Source: Clostridia bacterium (GTDB taxonomy: Bacteria > Bacillota > Clostridia > TANB77 > CAG-508). Taken from it: 64,000 nucleotides of DNA. The notes under the pieces were generated by a model. The model did no database searches. It was not told the origin of the DNA and saw only the letters and a program-made list of their open reading frames with translations. The translations under genes were made by a program, and so were the position numbers. Of this stretch, positions 45,594 through 55,693 are shown in pieces. Positions within the stretch are counted from its first letter, which is position 1. The number at the start of each line of letters is the position of its first letter. The DNA is taken from assembly GCA_022792395.1 (NCBI GenBank), contig JAAWAX010000014.1, positions 81 through 64,080 on the forward strand, read 5' to 3'.

Positions 45594-46833
45594 ACAAAAA
45601 GAGTTTATAAAGAATGCTACTCATAGATACAATTTAAAAATAGGGGCTAGAAGATGTGGAAAAACATATTTAGATATATTATATACGATTCCAGAAAGGT
45701 TGCTTGAAAGAAAGAAGTTAGATGGGTTAAATGTCATATTTGGAGTTTCAAAAGGAACAATTGAAAGAAATGTTTTACAACCATTAAGAGAAATATATGG
45801 AAAGAATCTAATAGGTTTCATTAACTCACAAAATATAGCAAAACTATTCAATCAAGATGTGTATTGTTTAGGAACAGAAAAAGTAAGTCAAGTAAGTAAA
45901 ATACAAGGAACATCTATTAAATATGCTTATGGCGATGAAATAGCAAAATGGAATAAAGATGTATTTATTATGATACAAGGTTCATTAGATAAATCGTATT
46001 CTTGTTTAGATGGGGCTTTAAATCCAGAAAATAAAAATCATTGGTTAAAAAAAGAGTTTTTAGATTTGATAGAAGAAAAAGGATTGGATGTTTATACACA
46101 ATATTATACAATATTTGATAATCCGTTTTTATCGAAAGATTTTGTTGAAAATTTATGCAAAGAATACCAAGGAACGGTATATTATAATAGATTAATACTA
46201 GGACAATGGTGTGATGCGGAAGGACTGATATTCCAACAAATAGCAAATGATTATACAAGATATATTACGAAAGAAGTTCAGTTAAATTCTATTATAAGTA
46301 TTGGCATAGACTGGGGAGGAAATAAATCAAAACATAGTATTACAGTAACCAAAATAAGCAGAAGTTTTAATAAAATACAATGTTTAAAATCCGATACAAT
46401 GAAAGCAACTGGGACAAATACAAAACAAGTGTTTAGATGGATTATAAATTTTATAAAAGAGATACAAGACCAATATGGTACGGTATCTTTTATTTTTTGT
46501 GATAGTGCAGAACAAGTATTAAACAACTCTTTACAAGGAAAATTGATAGCAAGTGGATTAAACATTAAAGTACAAGATAGTATCAAAATACCAATTAAAG
46601 ATAGAATTGAGTTATGGAATAGATTGTTAAATTTAGACCAATTAAGCTTTATCGAAGGTAAAACGAAGACAATAATAGAAGCTTTACAAACAGCTTTATA
46701 TGATGATAAGGCAAAAGATGACAGATGGATAGATGATGGAGAGACATCGGATATAGATAGTTTGGATAGTTTTAACTATTCGTTTGAATTTTGGTTTGAA
46801 CAAATATCATATTATTTGGGAAAGGTAGTATAG
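45577..46833 (+). CDS. Terminase large subunit
   Basis: Walker A GARRCGKT, with a C-terminal nuclease-type acidic region. 418 aa, at the canonical position. Confidence 0.8.
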   Translation: MVITDKQKEFIKNATHRYNLKIGARRCGKTYLDILYTIPERLLERKKLDGLNVIFGVSKGTIERNVLQPLREIYGKNLIGFINSQNIAKLFNQDVYCLGTEKVSQVSKIQGTSIKYAYGDEIAKWNKDVFIMIQGSLDKSYSCLDGALNPENKNHWLKKEFLDLIEEKGLDVYTQYYTIFDNPFLSKDFVENLCKEYQGTVYYNRLILGQWCDAEGLIFQQIANDYTRYITKEVQLNSIISIGIDWGGNKSKHSITVTKISRSFNKIQCLKSDTMKATGTNTKQVFRWIINFIKEIQDQYGTVSFIFCDSAEQVLNNSLQGKLIASGLNIKVQDSIKIPIKDRIELWNRLLNLDQLSFIEGKTKTIIEALQTALYDDKAKDDRWIDDGETSDIDSLDSFNYSFEFWFEQISYYLGKVV

Positions 46834-48315
46834 ATGAATAAGGTAGTTTTAAAATATTTAAAAGAACAAGGATATGAAACAGTTTCAACAGATTACTATA
46901 ATTGGATAGAATTATGGGAAAGCTGGTGGAAAAATGAAGTGGATTTTCATAAATATCATGACCAAAGTGGAAAAGAAAGAAAATTATATACTTTGGGAAT
47001 GGCAAAAAGGATAGCGGAAGATTGGTCAAGTATTCTTTTTACAGAAAGAGATGAGATAACAACAGAGGCAAAAACACAAAAGCAAACAAAAGCGAACAAT
47101 GAGTATTTAACAAAACAACTAAAACTTCTAAAAGTATATGATGATTTACCAACGGCAATCGAAAAAGCGATGGCAATGGGAACAGCAGGAGCAATATTAA
47201 GAGTAAAACATGCTAGTGTAGATAAACAAGGTAATTTATCAGCAAATAATCGAACCAGTTTAGATATTATATATGTTGAAGCAAGTCAAATTATCCCATT
47301 AAGAGTAGAGCATGGCGAAATAGTCGATGTTGCGATTGTAAGCGAAAACTATGTAAAAAATGAAAAAGAGTATTATATTGAAATACACAAATTAGAATAT
47401 AAAGAAAAACTAGAGAAAGAGGTCTATACTATATCCAATACATACTTAAATGAAAATGGAGAAGAAATAGAAAAAGAAGGAATTGCAAAGAATTATACAA
47501 TCAATTCAAGCATTCCTTCCTTTTCTATATTAAAGCCAGCGATAGCAAACCCACTAGATGTAAGTTATAACAATGTGAATGGATTAGGATTTAGCGTGTA
47601 TGGAACAGCAATTGACCAGTTGAAAGCATGCGACATTACTTATAATAATTTTGTTATGGACTTCTATCTAGGAGGAAAGAAAGTATTCTATAATAATAAA
47701 ATAGTAGATACAAAAACAGTACAAAGAAAAGATGCCAATGGAAATATAATAGAAGAGCAAGTGGAAATATATCCAGATGACATTACGAGGCAACAATGGA
47801 AAACTTATGGCGATGAAATGATAAATTTACAGCAAGAACCAGCGATAAAAGAGTACAATCCAGAATTAAGAGTAGAAGAAGATACTAAAGGAATACAATT
47901 CGCACTAAATATGTTTAGCTTTAAAGGTGGATTAGGAACTGAATATTATAGATTTGATGTAGGCAAGGGGATAGTAACTGCTACACAATACGTAGGGGAT
48001 AGACAAGATTTAGTAGCAAATGCAAACAAACATCGTAAAAAAGTAGATGAATTTGTTAGTGGAATATGTAAAGCTATTTTGTTATTTGGAAGAATACTCT
48101 TTAAAGAATCAGTTACAGAAGATTGTAATGTAACGATAACAGACAAAGATGGTTTTATGGTAGATACAGAAACAGCCAAACAAGAGTTTAGACAAGATAT
48201 TGCACAAGGAATAAGGCAAGAATGGGAATACAGAGTTAAATTCTTTGGAGAAGATGAGGCAACTGCTAAAGCAATGGTAAAAAATGAAGAAATAGAGGAT
48301 ATAGGGGAGGAATAA
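46834..48315 (+). CDS. Portal protein
   Basis: 493 aa, directly after the large terminase. Confidence 0.65.
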   Translation: MNKVVLKYLKEQGYETVSTDYYNWIELWESWWKNEVDFHKYHDQSGKERKLYTLGMAKRIAEDWSSILFTERDEITTEAKTQKQTKANNEYLTKQLKLLKVYDDLPTAIEKAMAMGTAGAILRVKHASVDKQGNLSANNRTSLDIIYVEASQIIPLRVEHGEIVDVAIVSENYVKNEKEYYIEIHKLEYKEKLEKEVYTISNTYLNENGEEIEKEGIAKNYTINSSIPSFSILKPAIANPLDVSYNNVNGLGFSVYGTAIDQLKACDITYNNFVMDFYLGGKKVFYNNKIVDTKTVQRKDANGNIIEEQVEIYPDDITRQQWKTYGDEMINLQQEPAIKEYNPELRVEEDTKGIQFALNMFSFKGGLGTEYYRFDVGKGIVTATQYVGDRQDLVANANKHRKKVDEFVSGICKAILLFGRILFKESVTEDCNVTITDKDGFMVDTETAKQEFRQDIAQGIRQEWEYRVKFFGEDEATAKAMVKNEEIEDIGEE

Positions 48316-48318
48316 TAG

Positions 48319-49881
48319 ATGTTATCTCCAGAATATCTAAATCTAATAGAATTTAATGATGTTGTAGAGTTATATAATAAATTAAATGAAGAAATAACAG
48401 TAGATATTATTACAAGAGTAGCACAAATGCAAAATATAACAGAAACGACTAGGAAGCAATTAGAGATATTAAAACAAACGAATGGGACAGAAATATTTAA
48501 TAAAGCATTAGAAAAGACATCTATGTTGAAAGCAGAGACTAAAAAAGCATTAAAACAGTTGTTTGAAGATATGGTAAAGCAAGATATAGAGGGATATAAA
48601 GAATTATATGAGTATCGAGATAAACCATTCCAATTAAGCGAAAGTCAATATAAAATATTAAATCAAGGATTAAAAGAAACGAATAGAATCTTAAAGAATT
48701 TTACGAATACGATTGCGTTTCAAAGTCAACAAGCTTATGTAGAAGCAATTGATAATGCTTATATGAAAGTCTCAAGTGGTGCTTTTGATTACGCAACGGC
48801 AATAAATAGTGCTTGCCAAGAGTTAGCGAACAAAGGAATAACGTTAAAAGACAAATTAGGAAGAAATGTACAGTTAGAAGTAGCAGTTAGAAGAAATGTA
48901 ATGACAGGGATTCAACAAACCGCTAATCATATTAATCGAGATATAGAAGAATATCTTGGTTGCGATGGCTACGAAGTAACAGCCCATCTAGGAGCGAGAC
49001 CATCTCATGCAGAAGCACAAGGAAAACAATACGCAATCAGTCATAAAACAAAAATAAGTAGAGATTATCCTTTATGGAGCGAAGTAGAAGGTTTGTGGAG
49101 CGAATACAATTGTAGACATAGTTATTTTGGTATTGTTTTAGGGATTTCAGAGCCAGTATATACAGATAAAGAACTAAAAGAATTTAAAGAAGCAACAGTA
49201 GACTATAATGGTAAAAAAATTCCATACTATGAAGCAACACAAAAACAAAGACAATTAGAAAATGCCATTAGAAAACAAAAAAGGACAGTGCAAACATTAG
49301 AAAAGGCTAATTTAGATAATAAAATAGAGAAAAGCCAATTAGCACAGTTACAAAAGAAGTATAAAGTTTTTTGCAAGGAAACTGGATTAGAGAAAGATTA
49401 TAGTAGACTTCAAGTAGCAAGTACCAACCTAACAAGATATGAACAATATGCAATAAATAAATATATTAGTGCAGATTTCTATCCGATAAATGAAAAATTG
49501 AGAAATGGTCAAGAGTTAACAAAAGAAGAAATAAAATTGTGTTTAAATCTTGACAATGCATTAAATAAACTTCCTCAATACAATGGATTAGTAACACGTT
49601 CATTAGAACTAGACAAAAATGAATTAAAAAAATTTTTGAAAGAACATACTAACAATAGTGAAGTCTATTATAACGCATATACATCGACAACATGTGGCAA
49701 TAGGTACAACAATAAAAGTAATATTGAATTATATATTTATTCACAAAATGGAAAAAATATGTTAAAATACAACAAAGAAGAAAATGAAATTCTTTACAAA
49801 AGAGGAAGTCAATTTAAAGTTAAAGAAGTTGAATTGAAAAATAATGTATATTATATTTTATTGGAGGAAATAGATGAGTGA
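48319..49881 (+). CDS. Minor head protein (SPP1 gp7 / Mu F-like) fused to a C-terminal R-S-E ADP-ribosyltransferase domain
   Basis: F-like core ..GYEVTAHLGARPSHAEAQGKQY... The C-terminus has GLVTRS (Arg), YTSTT (S-T-S-like) and KEENEILY (E-x-E). Confidence 0.6.
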   Translation: MLSPEYLNLIEFNDVVELYNKLNEEITVDIITRVAQMQNITETTRKQLEILKQTNGTEIFNKALEKTSMLKAETKKALKQLFEDMVKQDIEGYKELYEYRDKPFQLSESQYKILNQGLKETNRILKNFTNTIAFQSQQAYVEAIDNAYMKVSSGAFDYATAINSACQELANKGITLKDKLGRNVQLEVAVRRNVMTGIQQTANHINRDIEEYLGCDGYEVTAHLGARPSHAEAQGKQYAISHKTKISRDYPLWSEVEGLWSEYNCRHSYFGIVLGISEPVYTDKELKEFKEATVDYNGKKIPYYEATQKQRQLENAIRKQKRTVQTLEKANLDNKIEKSQLAQLQKKYKVFCKETGLEKDYSRLQVASTNLTRYEQYAINKYISADFYPINEKLRNGQELTKEEIKLCLNLDNALNKLPQYNGLVTRSLELDKNELKKFLKEHTNNSEVYYNAYTSTTCGNRYNNKSNIELYIYSQNGKNMLKYNKEENEILYKRGSQFKVKEVELKNNVYYILLEEIDE

Positions 49882-50074
49882 GAAAAAACTATTTAGTTCA
49901 TATAGGTGGACTGAAGCACCTAAAGCCACAAAAATAAGGCAAGCTCCAAAACCGCCAAAAGAAGAACAAATTAAAAATAAGGAAACATTATTAAAAATAA
50001 TGGTAGATAGAAAAATACTTACACAAGAAGAGGCAGATGAAAGGTTGAATAACTTTAAAAAAGAGTTAAATTAG
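49874..50074 (+). CDS. Hypothetical small protein
   Basis: 66 aa. Confidence 0.4.
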   Translation: MSEKKLFSSYRWTEAPKATKIRQAPKPPKEEQIKNKETLLKIMVDRKILTQEEADERLNNFKKELN

Positions 50075-50217
50075 TTATTAAAATTATATATATATAAATC
50101 AAAGTCGTAGAAATACGGCTTTTTATTATGCCTTTTTACTTGTTGTAGGCATTAAAGAATAACAAAGGTGTGGGAATTACTTTGTTACCCAAATAAAAAA
50201 ATGGAGGTTAATTTAAT

Positions 50218-50793
50218 ATGGAAAATGAAGAAAAACAGTTACTCGGAACTGAAGAAAAAAACGAGGGGACAGTTACAGAACCTGTTGAAAAAACTGAAAA
50301 AGAAGACATAAGAACTTTTACGCAAGAAGAAGTTAATGCAATGTTAACAAAAGAAAGAAAAAAAATGCCATCAAAGGAAGAATTACAAGCCTTTAAGGAA
50401 TGGCAAGAAACACAAAAGACATTAGAGCAAAAGCAAGCAGAAAAAGAAACTGAATTTCAAAATGCATTATCTAAAAATGCTGAATTGGAAGAAGAAAACA
50501 AAGTGCTTAAAGCTGGTGTAAATATTGATGATGTAGATTATGTTGTATTTAAAGTTGCTAAAATGGAAGGAGATTTTGAAGAAAATTTACAAAGCTTCTT
50601 AAAAGAAAATCCTAAATATTTGAAACAAGAAAATATTGAAAACAACAATCAAAATACAGACATCAATTTGGGTGGAAATCATGAAAATAAAACCCAAATA
50701 ACAAAAGAAGAGTTTAACAAAATGAGTTATCCAGCTAGATTAAAATTGTACAATGAAAACAAAACGTTGTATGACCAATTAGTTAAAAATTAA
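50218..50793 (+). CDS. Scaffolding protein
   Basis: Acidic coiled-coil protein of 191 aa upstream of the capsid gene. Confidence 0.6.
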   Translation: MENEEKQLLGTEEKNEGTVTEPVEKTEKEDIRTFTQEEVNAMLTKERKKMPSKEELQAFKEWQETQKTLEQKQAEKETEFQNALSKNAELEEENKVLKAGVNIDDVDYVVFKVAKMEGDFEENLQSFLKENPKYLKQENIENNNQNTDINLGGNHENKTQITKEEFNKMSYPARLKLYNENKTLYDQLVKN

Positions 50794-50813
50794 AAAGAAA
50801 GAAGGAATGAAAA

Positions 50814-51812
50814 ATGTCAGAAATAACAAAAATGGAAAATATGATTAATCCAGAGGTAATGGGGGATATGTTAGATGCTAAAATAGAAGCACAATTAAAA
50901 TTAACCCCTTATGCTAAAGTAGATACTACTTTACAAGGAGTGCCAGGAGACACAAAAACTGTACCATCTTGGAAATACATAGGCGATGCAGAAGATGTAG
51001 CAGAGGGAGAAGAAGTTGATACAACAAAAATGGAAACAGGTAAAGAAACATTTACAGTAAAAAAAGCCATGAAATCAGTATCAATAACTCAAGAAGCTAT
51101 TAATTCTGGATTAGGAAATCCAGTAGGACAAGCAGAAGTACAACTCGCTAAATCAATTGCAGGAAAAGTAGATAATGATGTATTAGAAGCAGTATACAAA
51201 GGACAAATGACAGCAGGAGATGGAAGTAAACAAATTAGTTATGAAGGGATTGTAGATTCATCAACAAAATTTGAAGATGAAGAAGATGGAATTGAAAAAG
51301 TCTTGTTCATACACCCAGCCCAAGAAGCTACTATATTAAAAGATAGCAATTTCATATCTGCTGACAAATATGAAGCTGGCGTAATGGTAAGAGGTGCAAT
51401 TGGTAAGGTAGCAGGTTGCCAAGTGAAAAAATCAAAGAAAGTAAGATTAGTAACCCATGAAAAGGATAATACAGCAACGACAGGAGCAACTACAATAACA
51501 GCTGATAATTTAACAGAATATCAAAATAAGATTGACCCAACTGTTAAATTATCTGTAGGAGATAAAGTTAAAGCTATTGCAAGTGCTTCACAATATTATG
51601 TATGTCCAGTAATAAAAATGGAAGCAGATAGCAAAGAAACTGAATATACAGAAGATGAATTGCCAGCAATAACAATATTCTTGAAAAAGGACACATCATT
51701 AGATCATGATTGGTATCCAAGAAAGCAAACACATGAGCTTACTACAGCAAGATATTATGGAGTAGCTTTAACAAATTCTGCAAAAATAGTATTAGCAAAA
51801 TTTAAAAAATAG
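50814..51812 (+). CDS. Major capsid protein
   Basis: 332 aa with a strong SD, after the scaffold gene. Confidence 0.6.
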   Translation: MSEITKMENMINPEVMGDMLDAKIEAQLKLTPYAKVDTTLQGVPGDTKTVPSWKYIGDAEDVAEGEEVDTTKMETGKETFTVKKAMKSVSITQEAINSGLGNPVGQAEVQLAKSIAGKVDNDVLEAVYKGQMTAGDGSKQISYEGIVDSSTKFEDEEDGIEKVLFIHPAQEATILKDSNFISADKYEAGVMVRGAIGKVAGCQVKKSKKVRLVTHEKDNTATTGATTITADNLTEYQNKIDPTVKLSVGDKVKAIASASQYYVCPVIKMEADSKETEYTEDELPAITIFLKKDTSLDHDWYPRKQTHELTTARYYGVALTNSAKIVLAKFKK

Positions 51813-51824
51813 GAGTTGATAAAA

Positions 51825-52181
51825 ATGGTATATGCAGACTATGAATATTATGTAGAAAAATATTTTGGAACATTACCAGAAGACTCTTTTCATTCATTGA
51901 TTTTAAAAGCAAGCAAGGAAATTGATAGAAATGTCAACACCAGAATAACGCAAAGTGTTATAGACAATTTACCAGAAGAAGCACAAGTAAGTCTAAAATA
52001 TACTGCTTGTGCTTTAGCTGATTTAATAGCAAGAAAGCAAGAAAGCGAAAATGCAAAATTAAATTCTATTTCGATTGATGGAGTAAGCAAGAATTTCAAG
52101 ATACTTTCTACAAACGAGTATAAAGGGTGTAGGAAAGATATTTTAAAAAATTTACCAGATGAATTAACAAGATTTTTATAG
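51825..52181 (+). CDS. Head-tail connector protein
   Basis: MVYADYEYYVEKYFGTLPEDSF.. is a typical gp6-like N-terminus. Confidence 0.5.
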   Translation: MVYADYEYYVEKYFGTLPEDSFHSLILKASKEIDRNVNTRITQSVIDNLPEEAQVSLKYTACALADLIARKQESENAKLNSISIDGVSKNFKILSTNEYKGCRKDILKNLPDELTRFL

Positions 52182-52191
52182 GAGGTATTTT

Positions 52192-52563
52192 ATGTCTGAT
52201 TTTCCAATACAAAAAGTAACTATATATCATAAAAATGGCAAACAATGGGATAGGTATGTGAAAGAAGCTAGTTACAGAAACACATCGGTAGTAAATCACA
52301 ATAAAAATGGTTCTAATTCGACTGAAAAAGCCCTTATAAGGATTTTTGATGTTGAGGGATATAATTTAACATGGTTTGCTTTAAAAGATGATGTGATTGT
52401 AAATAAAGAGGTTCAAGATGTGATAGAAGGAAATACTCCGATAACACAATTAAGTAACCAGTATGGTAAAGATAATGTTCATAAAGTAACTTCTATCGAT
52501 AAATTTATTTTTGATGATGAAGATGTAAAAGAGTTAAATCATGTAAAGTTGGGGTGTGTATAG
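52192..52563 (+). CDS. Head-tail joining protein
   Basis: Called from position in the connector module. Confidence 0.4.
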   Translation: MSDFPIQKVTIYHKNGKQWDRYVKEASYRNTSVVNHNKNGSNSTEKALIRIFDVEGYNLTWFALKDDVIVNKEVQDVIEGNTPITQLSNQYGKDNVHKVTSIDKFIFDDEDVKELNHVKLGCV

Positions 52564-52985
52564 TGTCTTTTGTAATTAAAACAAAGTCATTGCAAACCAT
52601 ATATAGAAGTTTAGGACTAGAGGATAAAGGAAGAGTACAAGCCTTTTTGGATAAGACAGTAGCCGAGAATTTACAAAAATATGTTTCTCGAAAAAGCGGA
52701 ACACAAGAAAAATCTATTCCAATTGCTTCAAAATATGGAAGTGGGAAAGTAATTATTAATGTTCCTTATGCTCGTTTTCAAGCCGAAGGTAAGGTTATGG
52801 TAGGAGTAGAAAGCCATAGTCCTTGGGCAAGAAAAGGAGAAAGAAAGGTTGTTACGAGTAGAAATTTAACATATCATAGTGAAAAATTAAGAGGAAAACA
52901 CCCATTCGAAAGAATGAAAGCAGACAAACGAGATAGAATATTGATTCAAACAGCAAATTATGCAAGGAGGATTTCAGGTGGATAA
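52554..52985 (+). CDS. Head-tail joining / minor capsid protein (start uncertain, GTG)
   Basis: Called from position. ..VPYARFQAEG.. motif. Confidence 0.4.
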   Translation: MCIVSFVIKTKSLQTIYRSLGLEDKGRVQAFLDKTVAENLQKYVSRKSGTQEKSIPIASKYGSGKVIINVPYARFQAEGKVMVGVESHSPWARKGERKVVTSRNLTYHSEKLRGKHPFERMKADKRDRILIQTANYARRISGG

Positions 52986-53397
52986 GGCAATAAATGAATG
53001 GTTATTAGAATATGACAAAATCAAAGAAATAGCAGAAATGATACATACAGAGGAATTACCAGATGAAACAGAAACACTTGCTTTACAACGAAGTGGAGTG
53101 GAAGAATTGCCATTAAGATATATCAATGGTAGAGGTTGGTATAGGCAATATCAATATGTTTTGCTATTAAAATCAAATAGTGAAGATGATTTGCAACGAT
53201 TAGATAATCTTGATTGGTTAGATGATTTAAGCAATTGGATACATCAAAAGAATATTTCCAGAGATTATCCAAAATTAAAAGATAAGAAAGTAAAAAAGGT
53301 AAGCTGTGCTAATGCTGTAACTATGGAAACCAGTGAAGATGGTTCTATCAGTACATATTATTTACAGCTTTATTTTAATATTGAAGGAGGAATTTAA
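52978..53397 (+). CDS. Head-tail joining / minor capsid protein
   Basis: GTG 52978 lies 7 nt after aaggagg. Confidence 0.4.
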   Translation: MDKAINEWLLEYDKIKEIAEMIHTEELPDETETLALQRSGVEELPLRYINGRGWYRQYQYVLLLKSNSEDDLQRLDNLDWLDDLSNWIHQKNISRDYPKLKDKKVKKVSCANAVTMETSEDGSISTYYLQLYFNIEGGI

Positions 53398-53399
53398 TT

Positions 53400-53894
53400 A
53401 TGGCAGATAATACAGAAAAAGTATTAAAAGATATTATGGAGTATGATGAAGGTCACTACTTCGGATTTAATAACAAAATAGTATTAGGGGGAGTAATTAC
53501 TGAATTAACAGAAAGTGCAAACCCAACAGAAAGTGAAAAACAATACATTCATCAAAAGTCAAAAGTTACAAAAGTAACTGGTTTTGCGAATGAATTTCCA
53601 ATTACTATGGACATGGTAAAAGGAGATGAAGTATTTGAGTATATGTATAATTTATTCTTCGAAAGAAAGGTTGGTTCGGATTTAGATGTAGACCATTATA
53701 TCGTAAATCTATGGGAACCAGTAGCAGACCAAGAAGATACCTATAAGGCAAGAAAAATAACACAGACATGTTCTATTACAGAATGTAATGGTGCTGCTGG
53801 AGAACAAAAACAAATAACTGGTTCTCTAAAAGGTGGGGACTTTGTTTATGGTACATTTAATATAAAAACAAAAACATTTACAGAGAATGTATAG
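53400..53894 (+). CDS. Major tail protein
   Basis: 164 aa, the first gene of the tail module. Confidence 0.55.
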   Translation: MADNTEKVLKDIMEYDEGHYFGFNNKIVLGGVITELTESANPTESEKQYIHQKSKVTKVTGFANEFPITMDMVKGDEVFEYMYNLFFERKVGSDLDVDHYIVNLWEPVADQEDTYKARKITQTCSITECNGAAGEQKQITGSLKGGDFVYGTFNIKTKTFTENV

Positions 53895-53920
53895 TACAAG
53901 GGTAGATATTAAAGATAATT

Positions 53921-54391
53921 ATGTTAGAAAGGATTAGAAAGATGGAAAATAAAAGATTAAAGTTTGGATATGAAGATACTGATAAGAGTATAGAAATTGA
54001 TTTATATGGATTAGTATTCGAGATTAAGAATTTAGATAATTTAGAAGAGTTAGAAAAATTAGACAGAAATGATAGTAATGTGATAGAAGCACAGTTAGAA
54101 AAAATATTAGGAAATGGTGCGATTGAAAAGATTAACAATAAAAGAGAAAGCGATGGATATAAAAAGTTAGATTTAAACATTGAACTGAATATCCTAGGTT
54201 GTATATTTGAAACTTATGCAAAAAGTATGACTGGAAATGTACTAGGAAGAGTGACAAATGCAGTAGAGGATATTAATAGAGACATAGAAAAAGCAAATAC
54301 AACAAATGGATTTAATAGAACAAACAAAGAATATAAAAGAAATTACAATAGAAATCAATATAGAGGAAGAAGAAATTATAGGAGATATTAA
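53921..54391 (+). CDS. Tail assembly chaperone-like protein
   Basis: Acidic N-terminus with an Arg/Asn/Tyr-rich tail. Confidence 0.45.
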   Translation: MLERIRKMENKRLKFGYEDTDKSIEIDLYGLVFEIKNLDNLEELEKLDRNDSNVIEAQLEKILGNGAIEKINNKRESDGYKKLDLNIELNILGCIFETYAKSMTGNVLGRVTNAVEDINRDIEKANTTNGFNRTNKEYKRNYNRNQYRGRRNYRRY

Positions 54392-54392
54392 T

Positions 54393-54971
54393 ATGATTAT
54401 GTTTAATAAGCTACCTTATTTTGTTATTTTACAAGGGAAAAAATATAAAATAAATGTAGATTTTAGAGTAATGATATTATTTGAAAATAAGTTACAAGAT
54501 AAAAGTGTTGATAAGTCTGAAAAGATAGAATTTGGATTGAAACACTTTTATCCTATTTTTTCTGAAAATAATAACTATAATATACTGATACAGATTCCAG
54601 AATTATATAAAGAAGCATGCGAAAAGTTAATATGGTTTTATGAATGTGGTAGAGAGGATTATCATAAGTCTAAAGGAAATGGAAAAGGAAAGAATAAGCA
54701 AATTTATAGCTATGAATTTGATGATGAATATATCTATGGTGCTTTTTATGAGCAGTATGGAATTGATTTACTTTATGAAAAAATGCATTGGTGGAAATTT
54801 AAGTCTCTACTAAAATCGTTAAAAGATGATACGGAGTTTGTAAAGATACAAGGGTACAGAAGTTATACTGGCGATGATAAGAATATGAAGGAATTAAAGG
54901 ATTACTGGGAGTTACCAAAACCGATTGATGAGCAAGAAAGATTGAATAAAATATATGAAACTTTGAAATAA
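54393..54971 (+). CDS. Gp15-family tail protein
   Basis: SD aggag. ..YSYEFDDEYIYGAFYEQYGIDLLYEKMHWWKFKSLL.. matches the phage Gp15 signature. Confidence 0.55.
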   Translation: MIMFNKLPYFVILQGKKYKINVDFRVMILFENKLQDKSVDKSEKIEFGLKHFYPIFSENNNYNILIQIPELYKEACEKLIWFYECGREDYHKSKGNGKGKNKQIYSYEFDDEYIYGAFYEQYGIDLLYEKMHWWKFKSLLKSLKDDTEFVKIQGYRSYTGDDKNMKELKDYWELPKPIDEQERLNKIYETLK

Positions 54972-55005
54972 GTTGGTAAAAGTGTAAGAAGAGTTCGTAA
55001 AATTG

Positions 55006-55149
55006 TTGACAAAATTTATAAATCAAAGTATAATGATAGTACAGAAATTGAGAATAATCAAATTCATAGCTAGATAATTTCTGTATATAATTTTAACCCA
55101 ATACCCAAAAAGGTACAAAAAAAGACTAGAGCGGTAACTCTAGTCTTTT
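55006..55149 (+). ncRNA. Candidate ~110-nt sRNA with a consensus promoter and intrinsic terminator
   Basis: TTGACA (55006-11), 17 nt, TATAAT (55029-34). A 10-bp hairpin tacagaaatt/aatttctgta spans 55040-55085. The terminator is agactagag/ctctagtct + T4 at 55123-55149. No ORF. Confidence 0.45.
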
Positions 55150-55336
55150 ACTATGTATCAATCGCAAAAATCTTTGAAGATTTTGTATAGCAATGTCAAC
55201 ACATAGATTTTGGCTAATAATTTTAACCATTTACCCAAAAGTTTCACCTCCTTTAGGAAGGTGGGTACAAAGTTATTATACTATGAGTTAGAAAATATAG
55301 CAATAAAAAATATTTTATAAAAAAATAAAATACCTC

Positions 55337-55365
55337 TTGACAAACAATGTAAAAATGCATACAAT
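55337..55365 (+). promoter_or_regulatory. Promoter of the RHH-antirepressor operon
   Basis: TTGACA, 17 nt, TACAAT. ATGTAA direct repeats flank the -10. Confidence 0.55.
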
Positions 55366-55391
55366 ATTACATGTAAACAGGAGGTGAAAAA

Positions 55392-55550
55392 ATGTCAGAA
55401 AAAGTTTTAGCTATTCGCATAGATGATGAATTACAAAAAGAAGTAAAAATACATCTGGCAAAAAATGGAATAAGTTTAAAAGATTATATAACAAATTTAA
55501 TACAAGATGATTTAGCAAAGGTAAAAAGAAGGGAAAATGCGAATAAATAA
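55392..55550 (+). CDS. Ribbon-helix-helix (Arc/CopG-like) small repressor
   Basis: SD aggaggtg. MSEKVLAIRIDDELQKEVKIHLAKNGISLKDYITNLI... Confidence 0.55.
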   Translation: MSEKVLAIRIDDELQKEVKIHLAKNGISLKDYITNLIQDDLAKVKRRENANK

Positions 55551-55693
55551 AACAGAGAAGCCTATTGGTATATCTTGGCGGATATATAGACTTCTCACAC
55601 AACAGAGATTAACTCTATCTATGAAATATTATATCATAGAATTAGAGAAATCTCAACTTAAAATCAAAATTTTAAAGGAGGTTTCTTTTTATT

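Noticed and set aside
53921-54971. Chaperone-type programmed frameshift between 53921-54391 and the overlapping frame of 54306-54971
   Set aside because: The second frame is +1 (not -1) relative to the first, and no slippery site or CGG is present. A good SD and ATG at 54393 explain the Gp15-like gene as an independent cistron.
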